From Anaerolineae bacterium (GTDB lineage: Bacteria; Chloroflexota; Anaerolineae; Aggregatilineales; UBA3940): DNA of 64,000 nt. The notes below the pieces were generated by a model that saw only the letters and a list, made by a program, of their open reading frames with translations, did no database searches and had not been told where the DNA came from. The position numbers and the translations under genes were made by a program. Within the stretch, counting starts at the first letter, position 1. Each line of letters opens with the position of its first letter. The stretch is from NCBI GenBank assembly GCA_034435015.1, contig DAOTYH010000103.1, positions 741 to 64,740 on the forward strand, in the 5' to 3' direction. This document shows positions 9,309-18,378 of this stretch, in pieces.

Positions 9309-11267
9309 ATGTCAGAAACCGATTCGCTCATTGGTGCTTCGCTAGGGCAATACAAAATCGTCGAGCTGTTAGGCAAGGGCGGCATGGCAACCGTTTATAA
9401 GGCTGTTCAGGCCAGTATTAATCGTATAGTTGCCATCAAAATATTGCCCCCCAGCTTCTTGCATGACGATACCTTCATGCAACGATTCCGGCGTGAGGCA
9501 GAAGTTATCGCCAAACTGGAGCATTTTCATATCCTGCCCATCTACGATTATGGTGAATATAAGGGGATGCCCTTCATCGTCATGCGCTATCTTGAAGGGG
9601 GTACGCTTCAAGACCGTATCCGTCAGGGGCCTCTGCCCTGGAATGACATTGTGCGGATCATCTCCCAAGTGGCTGAGGCCCTAGACTATGCCCACTCGCG
9701 CAACGTGATCCATCGTGACATCAAGCCTAGCAACATCATGCTGGATGCTCAGGGAAACGCTTATCTGGCTGACTTTGGGATTGCCAAGATACAGGAAGGT
9801 ACATCCCAGTTAACGGGTAGCGGCATTGTGGGGACGCCAGCCTACATGGCGCCAGAGCAATCTGAGCCCGGCCCGCCTGCGCCGTCTATGGACATTTATG
9901 CACTGGGCGTGACACTGTTTGAGATGATCACAGGGCATGTGCCTTACGAGGCTGATACGCCGATTGTCCAAATCCTGATGCATATCCAACAACCGGTGCC
10001 TTCACTCCTCAGCTATAACCCGGATATTCCGCTTGAGGTTGATCATGTTGTCCAATGCGCAATGGCCAAATCGCCGGCTGAGCGTTATCAGTCGGCAGGT
10101 GAGCTGGCCCAAGCCTTGGTGACAGCTACGTCTGCGAGCGGCGGCTGGAGCTGGGCCCCTGAGACACTGGCACGCCTCCCCCAAAAGTCTCCCACGATGC
10201 CCGCAGTCTCTCGAAAGCCTTCCGAAACGAAGCCTCAGCCGGCTCGGCCTAAGGGTACAGTGTCGCTGACTTGGCTGGGTATTGGGGCGATGGGATTGGT
10301 TGCTGTAGGGGTTGCGGTGGGTCTGTTCTTGCTTCTTGGAAGGACACAAGACTTTGAAGCTGCAACCGAAGCGCCTACCGCTCAGGAGGTAGCGGCCCTG
10401 CCTACCGATACGCCTTCTCCGACGGCCACCGCTGCCGAGGCGCTATTCTCTCCGACGCCTGATCTCTCAACCCCTACTTCCAGTCCGGAGCCAAGTGCTA
10501 CGCTGGAACCCACTGCACTGCCGCCTAGTATCACTCTGCGCGGTATCAACATGTTGCTTGTGCCGGCTGGGCCATTTGTCATGGGAAATAATCGTGGTTA
10601 TCCGAACGAGCGCCCGGAGCACGAGGTCTATCTGGATGCCTTCTATATTGACGAAACGGAAGTGACTAATCTGTATTACAGGACTTGTGTACGAGAAGGG
10701 GCCTGCAACCCGCCTAAATTTGTGGACTCGCCCAGCCGGATTGGCTACTACACCAACGAGTTCTATAACAACTATCCTGTCATTTATATCAACTGGAATG
10801 ACGCTCAAGCTTATTGTCAGTGGCGTGGCGGGCACCTGCCGACAGAGGCTCAATGGGAGAAGGCCGCCCGTTGGGACCCGGCCACCAATGAGAGCCGGCT
10901 GTTCCCGTGGGGGGCAACGGCGGCTGATCTGTATTACACCAACTTCGGGTACCTGCTAGGGGATACGGCGCCGGTTGCCAACTATCCTGCCGGGCGTAGT
11001 CCAATCGGCGTCTATGATATGGCTGGTAACGTTGCTGAGTGGGTATACGACTGGTATCAAGATGACTTCTATGAGCAATCCCCTTACGAGAATCCAATAG
11101 GTCCTCCCAGCGGCAGATTTAAGGTCTATCGGGGCGGTGGATATGGCGCTACCGGCAGTGCTCTAACAGGTTCTTTCCGCCAGTATACTGGTCCTGCTAC
11201 AGAGGATGCACAGATAGGATTCCGGTGTGCCTACACCCCTTCGGGTGATCCGACCGGCGGGCAGTGA
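9309..11267 (+). CDS. Ser/Thr protein kinase with one TM helix and a C-terminal FGE/SUMF1-type (formylglycine-generating-enzyme-like) domain
   Basis: Hanks motifs GKGGMATVYKA, HRDIKPSNIML, DFGIAK, GTPAYMAPE. TM helix LTWLGIGAMGLVAVGVAVGLFLLLG, then a Pro/Thr/Ser linker. FGE-like region FYIDETEVTN...YRGGGY...GFRCA lies at roughly 10551-11267. Confidence 0.85.
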   Translation: MSETDSLIGASLGQYKIVELLGKGGMATVYKAVQASINRIVAIKILPPSFLHDDTFMQRFRREAEVIAKLEHFHILPIYDYGEYKGMPFIVMRYLEGGTLQDRIRQGPLPWNDIVRIISQVAEALDYAHSRNVIHRDIKPSNIMLDAQGNAYLADFGIAKIQEGTSQLTGSGIVGTPAYMAPEQSEPGPPAPSMDIYALGVTLFEMITGHVPYEADTPIVQILMHIQQPVPSLLSYNPDIPLEVDHVVQCAMAKSPAERYQSAGELAQALVTATSASGGWSWAPETLARLPQKSPTMPAVSRKPSETKPQPARPKGTVSLTWLGIGAMGLVAVGVAVGLFLLLGRTQDFEAATEAPTAQEVAALPTDTPSPTATAAEALFSPTPDLSTPTSSPEPSATLEPTALPPSITLRGINMLLVPAGPFVMGNNRGYPNERPEHEVYLDAFYIDETEVTNLYYRTCVREGACNPPKFVDSPSRIGYYTNEFYNNYPVIYINWNDAQAYCQWRGGHLPTEAQWEKAARWDPATNESRLFPWGATAADLYYTNFGYLLGDTAPVANYPAGRSPIGVYDMAGNVAEWVYDWYQDDFYEQSPYENPIGPPSGRFKVYRGGGYGATGSALTGSFRQYTGPATEDAQIGFRCAYTPSGDPTGGQ

Positions 11268-11306
11268 GGGTGCACGGCTTTTCCGGCATATGGTGGAGGA
11301 GTGATC

Positions 11307-12977
11307 ATGGCTGATGTACTGAAGTACCATATTATCCTTTTACCCCGTGACAATTACTGGGGCTGGGTTAACGCAGTTCGTGAATACGGTGTACGCTTTA
11401 GCGTGTCAGTGACATCCCAGCCGGAGAATGCGATACAGTTTCATCGCCCTCAGCAGGTTGTCAGCGTGGTCAATCTTCCAGGTGCCTACCCATCCTATGG
11501 GGATGTGGTGCAATGGCTCAAATCTAGAGCGCCAGAGGTAGCGCTTGATGTGTTGAATGTCTCCTCCCCTGATGAATTACGGCAGGTCTTGTTGGAGCGT
11601 ATCAACAGCGGCCTTCGCTTTGGACCTAAGGAAGAGGAGACAAGGGCAGTTGGCACAGGGGGGAGTGAGACTGGTTTCCGGCTCTTGTGGCCGGTCGACT
11701 CCCCCGTTAAGACGCAAGAATTTGGAGCGAATCCTCATGTGTATCGGCGCTGGGGCTTGCCGGGCCATGAGGGGATTGACTTCAGAGCGCCGCTTAATGC
11801 CAATGTGTATGCCTGTGCAGATGGCGAAGTCTATCAGGTTCATGACGGTAGCGGCGCTCATCCGTATGGTATCCATGTGCGAATCCGCCATGCAGATGGC
11901 TACAAGACAATCTATGCTCATCTTAATCAGCCGCTGGTGCATAGCGGGCAGTATGTCAGAGCGGGCGACCTGATTGGGCTGGCGGACAGCACTGGTAATT
12001 CGGCTGGTTCTCATCTGCACTTGACACTTAAGAAAGACGGCGCAACTGCCTCCGGGTTAACCTCCTTTCCGCATGACATACTTGACCCGACGCCTTTTCT
12101 GTTCTATCCGGCAGACCGTCAAACTGCCAGCCTGCCGGAAGGCACTTGGCCCCCAAATCGTTGTCTGGTCGGATTGCATGGCCGGGTGGATGGCCCCATG
12201 CAGGAAGACGACTGGAATATTGTTCGTACTGCGCGGATCGAAGCGATCAAGCTGAACAGTCAGGCGGCCTCAGAGGATGTTGAGAATGCATGGCAGATCA
12301 ATCCTGACATGTTCATCATGGTACAGTTGTCGGCTGATTTCCGGAGTCGTGTCATCAGGCCGCCTGAATTCGTCCGCTGGGTCGAGTACGATGTACAGCG
12401 TTTCTACGAGCGGGGGGTGCGGTACTTTGAGATTCACAATGAGCCGAATCTGGCTCCAGAGGGATATGGGGTGAGCTGGCGAAATGGGCGTGAGTTTGGT
12501 GAATGGCTGTTGGAGACAATCGGCTTGTTGAACCCCCGCTTCCCTGAAGCTAGGTTTGGCTGGCCTGGCCTTGCCCCGGGGCCAACTACGGGGATGCGGT
12601 TCGATCATCAGGCTTTTCTAGAAAGTGCAGGCAACCTAATCGAGCAGATGGACTGGCTCGGTTGCCATTGTTTTTGGCAGGATGAGACAGGAATGTTCTC
12701 AGAACAGGGAGGGGCAAACTATAAGTTCTATAGGGATAACTGGCCAGGCAAGTTGTTGTTTATCACCGAGTTCAGCAACACGGCGACGGGAGTAGCTTCA
12801 TCCATCAAGGGAGACCAGTATGTGAAGTATTACCAGCATTTGAGGGAGGTGCCCGGCATAGGGGCGGCGTTCGCGTTTGCTGTTTCTGCGGCGGTTAATT
12901 TCCCTTACGAAGTCTGGCGTACTGAGGATGGCCAGCCGACAGCTATAGCGGCAAAGGTTGGCTCACGCTTGTTCTAA
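11307..12977 (+). CDS. M23 metallopeptidase fused to a clan GH-A (GH5-like TIM barrel) glycoside-hydrolase-like domain; no recognisable signal peptide
   Basis: M23 motifs HEGIDFRAP and GSHLHLTL (about 11748-12036). The C-terminal half has FEIHNEPN (acid/base NEP) and FITEFSN (nucleophile Glu). Start at the ATG at 11307 follows GGAGGAG. Confidence 0.7.
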   Translation: MADVLKYHIILLPRDNYWGWVNAVREYGVRFSVSVTSQPENAIQFHRPQQVVSVVNLPGAYPSYGDVVQWLKSRAPEVALDVLNVSSPDELRQVLLERINSGLRFGPKEEETRAVGTGGSETGFRLLWPVDSPVKTQEFGANPHVYRRWGLPGHEGIDFRAPLNANVYACADGEVYQVHDGSGAHPYGIHVRIRHADGYKTIYAHLNQPLVHSGQYVRAGDLIGLADSTGNSAGSHLHLTLKKDGATASGLTSFPHDILDPTPFLFYPADRQTASLPEGTWPPNRCLVGLHGRVDGPMQEDDWNIVRTARIEAIKLNSQAASEDVENAWQINPDMFIMVQLSADFRSRVIRPPEFVRWVEYDVQRFYERGVRYFEIHNEPNLAPEGYGVSWRNGREFGEWLLETIGLLNPRFPEARFGWPGLAPGPTTGMRFDHQAFLESAGNLIEQMDWLGCHCFWQDETGMFSEQGGANYKFYRDNWPGKLLFITEFSNTATGVASSIKGDQYVKYYQHLREVPGIGAAFAFAVSAAVNFPYEVWRTEDGQPTAIAAKVGSRLF

Positions 12978-13186
12978 CAGTGAGATTCAGTGCCGATGAC
13001 GCAGGCATAGGTGATCTCGATAGCAATGGGTGGTTGTATCAACCCATCGGCATGGCTGATCCTAATGGGGCTTAGTTTGAGTCATGGTGCCCCGGTATCC
13101 AGATTTGCTCGATTGATGCAAAAGCCCTGCTGAGCTACTGGCGGCCCTTCGTTCTCTGATAGAGTGACGCTGAGCGAAAGCGGGGA

Positions 13187-14437
13187 TTATTCAGAGGCTA
13201 TGAGGTCTATATCTGACACAAAGACCTTATAAGCGTGGCCTGAGGCATAGAAGCTTATCTCGCGGATGCGGGTTGGCCTCTGCTCCGGCGGGAGCAGTGT
13301 CATCAAGTTTCCTGACTCGTAAGTGTACCAGCTACGCAGATTGATCCGCTCATGATCCGTCCGGCAGGTGGCGCAGGCCATAGGATAATTAGTGGACGGA
13401 TCGTGGGTAGCGTAGAAGCCATGAATGAAAACCTGCTCCTGTCCTTGCGCGTCAAGGTAGACAAGGCGGAGCATCATAGGGCACTCGCTACCTGCTATCC
13501 CGCAGGTGGATAATGACTGTTCGTCCACAAAAAAAGTAGCTCGCAGCTCAAGATAACTGTAGGTACTTACTTCCACATCAAGCGTCTGGGTGAGACGCGT
13601 TTCCCCATGCCCCAAGGTTATACCTGCCCAGTGGCCCTGCGATCGGTCAATGACCAGCACAGGGCGGCCATCGAAGATGGTGTTCTCGACCAGACCGTAA
13701 GGCTCCTGATCGTTGGAGAGTATCCACGCGTTTGTATAGTCATGGGTGACGTCAGTACCACTGAGCAAAGAGGTACCTGCGCTACAGGGAGCCAATGATC
13801 CGGTAGTGCCTTCCGCAGAGATGCATTGGTTATCAGAGAGAGTGGTAGATTGATTGGTTAGCCGATCGGTGACAAGCGCCTGCCCCGACTGGACGATGAT
13901 CCGCATAGCCTGTCCGGCGGAGTCAAGTAAGTACTGGCCGCTCTCAGAGATGGTAACATGAGTCTGAGGGGTAAGGATGCGGCACTCTACTGGTCTGTCT
14001 GGGGAGAAGATCAGCCATTCACTACGCCCAGATAAGTTCTCAATCACGATCCGATAAGGCCTCTGGTTAAGGCCGAAACGCGGTGCCCTGGCTTGTGAGA
14101 TCGTCAGTCTGCTGTCACGAAACAGAGCGAGGGAGGCTACTGGCTCACCTGTGCGCGGATCGGAAAAGGTAAGAGTAGCCTGTGAGGTGGGATCAGTCTG
14201 AATCACGGTATTTGCCGTGATGTTGTCTCGCCGATCAGTGACAGCGATAGGCTCTCCTGTATTAGGCAGGACAATACTGACAGTTCCCCGTGCCACTGTC
14301 AGGTTGATGTCCAACCCGATGGTCGAACGGAAGATGAACCAGTCGATCACGTAAAGAGTACTGCCGCACAGTAGCAGGAAGACAAGGAAGGAGGCCAGCA
14401 GAATATGCCAAGCAAGGCGTTCAGGATTTGTTCTCAT
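13187..14437 (-). CDS. Membrane-anchored hypothetical protein with beta-rich ectodomain (possibly FecR-like)
   Basis: N-terminal TM helix WHILLASFLVFLLLCGSTLYVI, followed by a long beta-strand-rich region. I recognise no catalytic motif. Confidence 0.4.
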   Translation of the reverse strand: MRTNPERLAWHILLASFLVFLLLCGSTLYVIDWFIFRSTIGLDINLTVARGTVSIVLPNTGEPIAVTDRRDNITANTVIQTDPTSQATLTFSDPRTGEPVASLALFRDSRLTISQARAPRFGLNQRPYRIVIENLSGRSEWLIFSPDRPVECRILTPQTHVTISESGQYLLDSAGQAMRIIVQSGQALVTDRLTNQSTTLSDNQCISAEGTTGSLAPCSAGTSLLSGTDVTHDYTNAWILSNDQEPYGLVENTIFDGRPVLVIDRSQGHWAGITLGHGETRLTQTLDVEVSTYSYLELRATFFVDEQSLSTCGIAGSECPMMLRLVYLDAQGQEQVFIHGFYATHDPSTNYPMACATCRTDHERINLRSWYTYESGNLMTLLPPEQRPTRIREISFYASGHAYKVFVSDIDLIASE

Positions 14438-14480
14438 TAGATTGTTCAGAAGGTTGATTCTCTTAAGTCTTTAAGGCTGA

Positions 14481-14789
14481 TTACCAGAAATAACGCACCC
14501 GGAAGTCATCAAACTCCCCTGTGGCTTGTTCCCACGTTGAGGTGACTTTGGTAACAGAAGCAGAAGGCGAGCCGATGGACAGAAACTGCAAAAAAGATTC
14601 CAATGCCTCTCTAGGGCCTTCTGCTACAGTTTCGACAGTTCCATCTGGAACATTTCGTACCCATCCTGTTAGGCCGAGTCGGTGAGCCTCACGCATCGTG
14701 TAGGCTCTGAAGTTTACCCCCTGTACCATGCCATGCACAATAGCATGAAGCCGTTGCGGAGATGATGGAAGGTCTTTCGGCGTCATCAT
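14481..14789 (-). CDS. acyP: Acylphosphatase
   Basis: VHGMVQGVNFRAYTMREAHRLGLTGWVRNVPDGTVE is the canonical acylphosphatase signature. Confidence 0.85.
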   Translation of the reverse strand: MMTPKDLPSSPQRLHAIVHGMVQGVNFRAYTMREAHRLGLTGWVRNVPDGTVETVAEGPREALESFLQFLSIGSPSASVTKVTSTWEQATGEFDDFRVRYFW

Positions 14790-14816
14790 TTCCTCCGTTG
14801 TTTTTCAGCCCAGTGG

Positions 14817-16100
14817 CTAGTTTGGCCTCGACGGTGACTGAAGCGGTGTGCCCCGCGTGGGCGGCGTTTCGTCAGGTTGTCTCGGCTGTGGCGCGATGAA
14901 CAGCAGGGCAACGCCCCAACTAATCATCCAGACGATCAGCCATGGCAAGAGAGAACTAGTTGTCCGTGGTGAGCGAGCCGCTGTTCTCACAAGGTCATTA
15001 TGCCATTGTTCCTCTAGGCCTGTCAGGCTAAGGCCCAGCGCGCGCTCGGCGGCCGCCTCACACGAGAGTCCCTCGGCGAAAGCGGCCATCAGAGCGCGTA
15101 GCTGAGATGTGCCATAGCGGTTGGAGATATAGCGCATCAGGCTTTCGCTTTGAGCATAAGCCAGTGCCGCATCGTGTGGGTCGAAGCTGTTGAAGTTACT
15201 GGTACATAATGGCTCGAGAGACAATAGCACCCCTTCATTTACGGCACTATCTAGTATGTTACGCAAGGTCGGGTCGGGTTCTGCTGAACTCATGAGAGCC
15301 AGCCCTTCGTTGAACCACGCGGGAACTGCATCAGGGTGTGGCCCTGCCGCTGTGTAGACGGCCAGATGCATCATCTCATGGGGTAAGTCGCGCTGGAGAT
15401 TAGCCATCATCTCTGGGCCTGTAGAAGCTGATATGAATACAGCGTATTGGTCGGGGATAGTGTAAGCCGCTATCCAATCTTGTACCCGCCTGCCGTGCAG
15501 ACGCAGGCTGTAGGCCAGTTGTGCAAGCTCCGGGTAGATGTAAATGTGAACCTCTTCGGAGACTGGCGTTGCCAATAGATCGCTTGCCTGCGCCAGTGCC
15601 GTTGAGGCGATGTCAAGTGCGGCACGGGTAAGGGTTTCATCCTCGCCGTTGGTGTGGACAGATATTACACCTCGGCTTTCAACACTCCATTGCCAGGGTA
15701 CGCTGGTGTCTTCGTAGAGCAGAGATTGTGTGGAGGTGCGATATTCACGTCCCGTATTATCCTGAAAGTCCCAGTAATAGGTGAGACGGGCAAAAGGAGG
15801 TAACTCAAGGGTACTCACCGGTACAGAGTGAGTAAGCGTGATGGTTAGATCAGGCGAGACGGCAACAGACTCCGTGTAGAGAGTGGAGCGGTTGGCTACC
15901 TGAACGGTTAATCGTGCGCCAGTGAGTGGTTGTGTGCTGCTTGCGGCTACATCGAAGATAACGGCCTCACCATAGATGAAGGACGCAGAAAGCTCGGCTT
16001 GAAATCCCTCTGCCGCCTGAGCCTGAACGTACATAGGCCTGGAGGTCAACAATGCCAAGCCCACAATCATGACGGGCAGTACACGTTTGAGTATAGCCAA
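14817..16100 (-). CDS. Secreted/membrane-tethered peptidase-MA-like zinc metalloprotease
   Basis: Signal peptide, an HEMMH (HExxH) motif followed by WFNEGLA (peptidase_MA_2-like), and a C-terminal TM helix LLPWLIVWMISWGVALLFIA. Confidence 0.6.
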   Translation of the reverse strand: MAILKRVLPVMIVGLALLTSRPMYVQAQAAEGFQAELSASFIYGEAVIFDVAASSTQPLTGARLTVQVANRSTLYTESVAVSPDLTITLTHSVPVSTLELPPFARLTYYWDFQDNTGREYRTSTQSLLYEDTSVPWQWSVESRGVISVHTNGEDETLTRAALDIASTALAQASDLLATPVSEEVHIYIYPELAQLAYSLRLHGRRVQDWIAAYTIPDQYAVFISASTGPEMMANLQRDLPHEMMHLAVYTAAGPHPDAVPAWFNEGLALMSSAEPDPTLRNILDSAVNEGVLLSLEPLCTSNFNSFDPHDAALAYAQSESLMRYISNRYGTSQLRALMAAFAEGLSCEAAAERALGLSLTGLEEQWHNDLVRTAARSPRTTSSLLPWLIVWMISWGVALLFIAPQPRQPDETPPTRGTPLQSPSRPN

Positions 16101-16139
16101 CTCGCCCTCGCCGGATGGAAATGTTCTGACTCTGCTCTG

Positions 16140-17195
16140 CTAGTCCTCTAGGAAGTCTTCGTCATCCCAGTCTTCTAACAAGTCCTCAAGGTCTTCCATG
16201 TCCTCATCTTCGAGGTATTCTAGGCCCTCAAATTCATCCTGATCCTCTTCAGGTTGGGCGAAAACATAACTAACAAACTCACCGGTAGAGAGCACTGCTG
16301 TGTTAAGAGCATCCTCAATGGCCTCAAGCAAATCGGCATCCTTTTCGCGGTTGGCCAGTTCCATGAGGGCACTTTGGGCCTCTATCCCCCCGATCTCGCC
16401 GAGAGACCAGATTGCCGCTTCTTTGATCTCCCGATCTTCATCCTGCGTGAGTTCGATCAGCCGGGATACAGATTCTACCAAACCGATCTCTCCTGCGGCA
16501 CGTGCGGCTTCGAAGCGCAGCTCTGGCACCGGGTTGTCAAGCGCACGCATGATATGATCCGCCCACTGCTCATCCGCACTTCGGCCCATTGCAAAGATTG
16601 CGCTGGCCTGCATGGAAACGTCAGCATCCCGCGCGGCCTGCTCGATGAGAGGAGGTACTTCCTTGCGGCTGGAGAAGGCAATACTTTCTAGCGCCCGGCG
16701 GCGTACTTCTGACAGTTCCTTTTGTTCCGTAAAGACTGCCAGTAACGCTTCCTCCGCCTCAAGCGCTACATCGTGGGGCAACATCCCATACTCACCAGAT
16801 AATACAAACGTGCCAAGGCCTTGGGCGGCGGCGGCGCGTACTTCTTCGGAGGGATCATCACGGAGTAGGGCGATCAGACGGCGCATAACGGGAGGGTCAT
16901 CTCTTTCCCATAGGGCGGCAACTGCCTGTTGACGTACCTCAGCAACTTCATCTTCCAGTGCAAACAGGGCTACAGCCGAGAAGTCAAGATCAAAGCTTAC
17001 TTCGCTTGCCTCTACCAGTCGGGAAAGCAGAAGTTGCCGCCGTTCTGTAGGGATGGATGGCCAGATCGCCTGTAAAGCCGCTAAGTCCGCGGGTGATGGT
17101 TCAGAGAGGCGGTAAATCAACGCGGCTCTCAAAGGGGCCTCACTATCTGCCAGCTCGGCTAATAGATTCTCGAAAGAACGACCTTGGTCTCTCAT
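16140..17195 (-). CDS. HEAT-repeat protein with strongly acidic C-terminal tail
   Basis: Repeated PBS-lyase/HEAT-like units (PELRFEAARAAGEIG, REIKEAAIWSLGEIGG). The C-terminus is EDQDEFEGLEYLEDEDMEDLEDLLEDWDDEDFLED. The start overlaps the rseP stop by 4 bp (ATGA). Confidence 0.65.
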   Translation of the reverse strand: MRDQGRSFENLLAELADSEAPLRAALIYRLSEPSPADLAALQAIWPSIPTERRQLLLSRLVEASEVSFDLDFSAVALFALEDEVAEVRQQAVAALWERDDPPVMRRLIALLRDDPSEEVRAAAAQGLGTFVLSGEYGMLPHDVALEAEEALLAVFTEQKELSEVRRRALESIAFSSRKEVPPLIEQAARDADVSMQASAIFAMGRSADEQWADHIMRALDNPVPELRFEAARAAGEIGLVESVSRLIELTQDEDREIKEAAIWSLGEIGGIEAQSALMELANREKDADLLEAIEDALNTAVLSTGEFVSYVFAQPEEDQDEFEGLEYLEDEDMEDLEDLLEDWDDEDFLED

Positions 17196-18268
17196 GGCTT
17201 TATCAGCGGGTCAACAATATCTAGATAAATCAGCAAAAACATGGTTGCGATCAGGATAACAAAACCAACAAAATGGACCACCATCTCGCGTTGAGGATCA
17301 AGCCTCTTGCGCCGGATGGCTTCGATCAGGACAAACAGGATGCGTCCGCCATCTAGTGCAGGAATGGGAAGGAGATTGGTGATAGCAAGAGCCAGACTAA
17401 TTGAGGCCGTCAGGCGGACGATCGGCCACGCCGCATTTTGTTCGATTGAAGCGGCTAGTTCCTGCCCCCCAAGCTGGCTGATCCCAACAATGCTGACTGG
17501 ACGCAGGTAGCGGGCTGGTATTTGTTGCTCAATCACCATAGCAGGGAGCTGAACGATTGTCTTTAGTATATAACCAATTTCTCTCAGTGCGCGTCCTATG
17601 GCAGGGAAGAACCCATAACGCCGTACTTCATAGACAGCCTGAATCTGGATGCCCGTAGGCCCCTGGCCTTCTGGCCAGCTTGTGCGCGGTGTAATGATCA
17701 GCTCTAAGGTCGTTGTACCACGCTGTACTGTCATGGTGAATGTCTCGCCAATGTGGCTGTAGATGTAGTTAGTCAGATCGTCGGAGCGCTCGACAGGGGT
17801 GTCGCCTACATGCAAGATCACGTCGTTGGGCATCAGACCGGAGCTGGCGGCAGGCGAGTCGGGTTCAACGACGGCGATACGTGCGCCCGGCAATCTCTCT
17901 GGTGCGCCAAGCATGAACATAACGATTAACAGGACAAAGGCGGCAAGGACATTGGCGCCCGGTCCAGCGGCTAGCACAGCCAGTCGCGCCATTTTGGGTG
18001 CCGCCGCCAGCCCGTCTGGAATTGAGGGATCGTCTTCTCCTGCCGGACGCATGAATCCGCCCAGCGGCAACCAGTTCAGTGTATACTTGGTGCCATTATG
18101 CTCAAATAGAGTCAGCATACGGGGCGGATAACCTATCCCGAATTCTTCGACTTTGATCTTGTTCCAACGGGCGACCAAAAAGTGGCCCAGCTCATGAACA
18201 AAGATCAGGGGGCCAATCACGACAAAAAAAGCCGCAATCGCCAGCCATGTATCCATACCAGTGCCCAT
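17192..18268 (-). CDS. rseP: RIP (site-2) zinc metalloprotease RseP, M50 family with PDZ domain
   Basis: HELGHFLVAR, a central PDZ-like segment, and NLLPIPALDGG. Confidence 0.9.
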   Translation of the reverse strand: MGTGMDTWLAIAAFFVVIGPLIFVHELGHFLVARWNKIKVEEFGIGYPPRMLTLFEHNGTKYTLNWLPLGGFMRPAGEDDPSIPDGLAAAPKMARLAVLAAGPGANVLAAFVLLIVMFMLGAPERLPGARIAVVEPDSPAASSGLMPNDVILHVGDTPVERSDDLTNYIYSHIGETFTMTVQRGTTTLELIITPRTSWPEGQGPTGIQIQAVYEVRRYGFFPAIGRALREIGYILKTIVQLPAMVIEQQIPARYLRPVSIVGISQLGGQELAASIEQNAAWPIVRLTASISLALAITNLLPIPALDGGRILFVLIEAIRRKRLDPQREMVVHFVGFVILIATMFLLIYLDIVDPLIKP

Positions 18269-18378
18269 TCAACCAGTACCTTTCTGCCACTTGTTGTCTG
18301 TGTGGCAGTTCCATTTTGACTTGACTAATGTGGATTATACCTGTGCTGTCGCGGCCTCACCAATGAGCTATATGCTCA

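Noticed and set aside
12978-13186. One of the largest non-coding gaps; checked for tRNA, ncRNA, small ORF or terminators
   Set aside because: No tRNA-like T-arm or acceptor pattern. It has only short hairpins (ATGGGT/ACCCAT, TGCCGATG/CATCGGCA) without U-tracts. A 35-codon ORF (MGGCINPSAW...) has no RBS and no recognisable features. Left unannotated.
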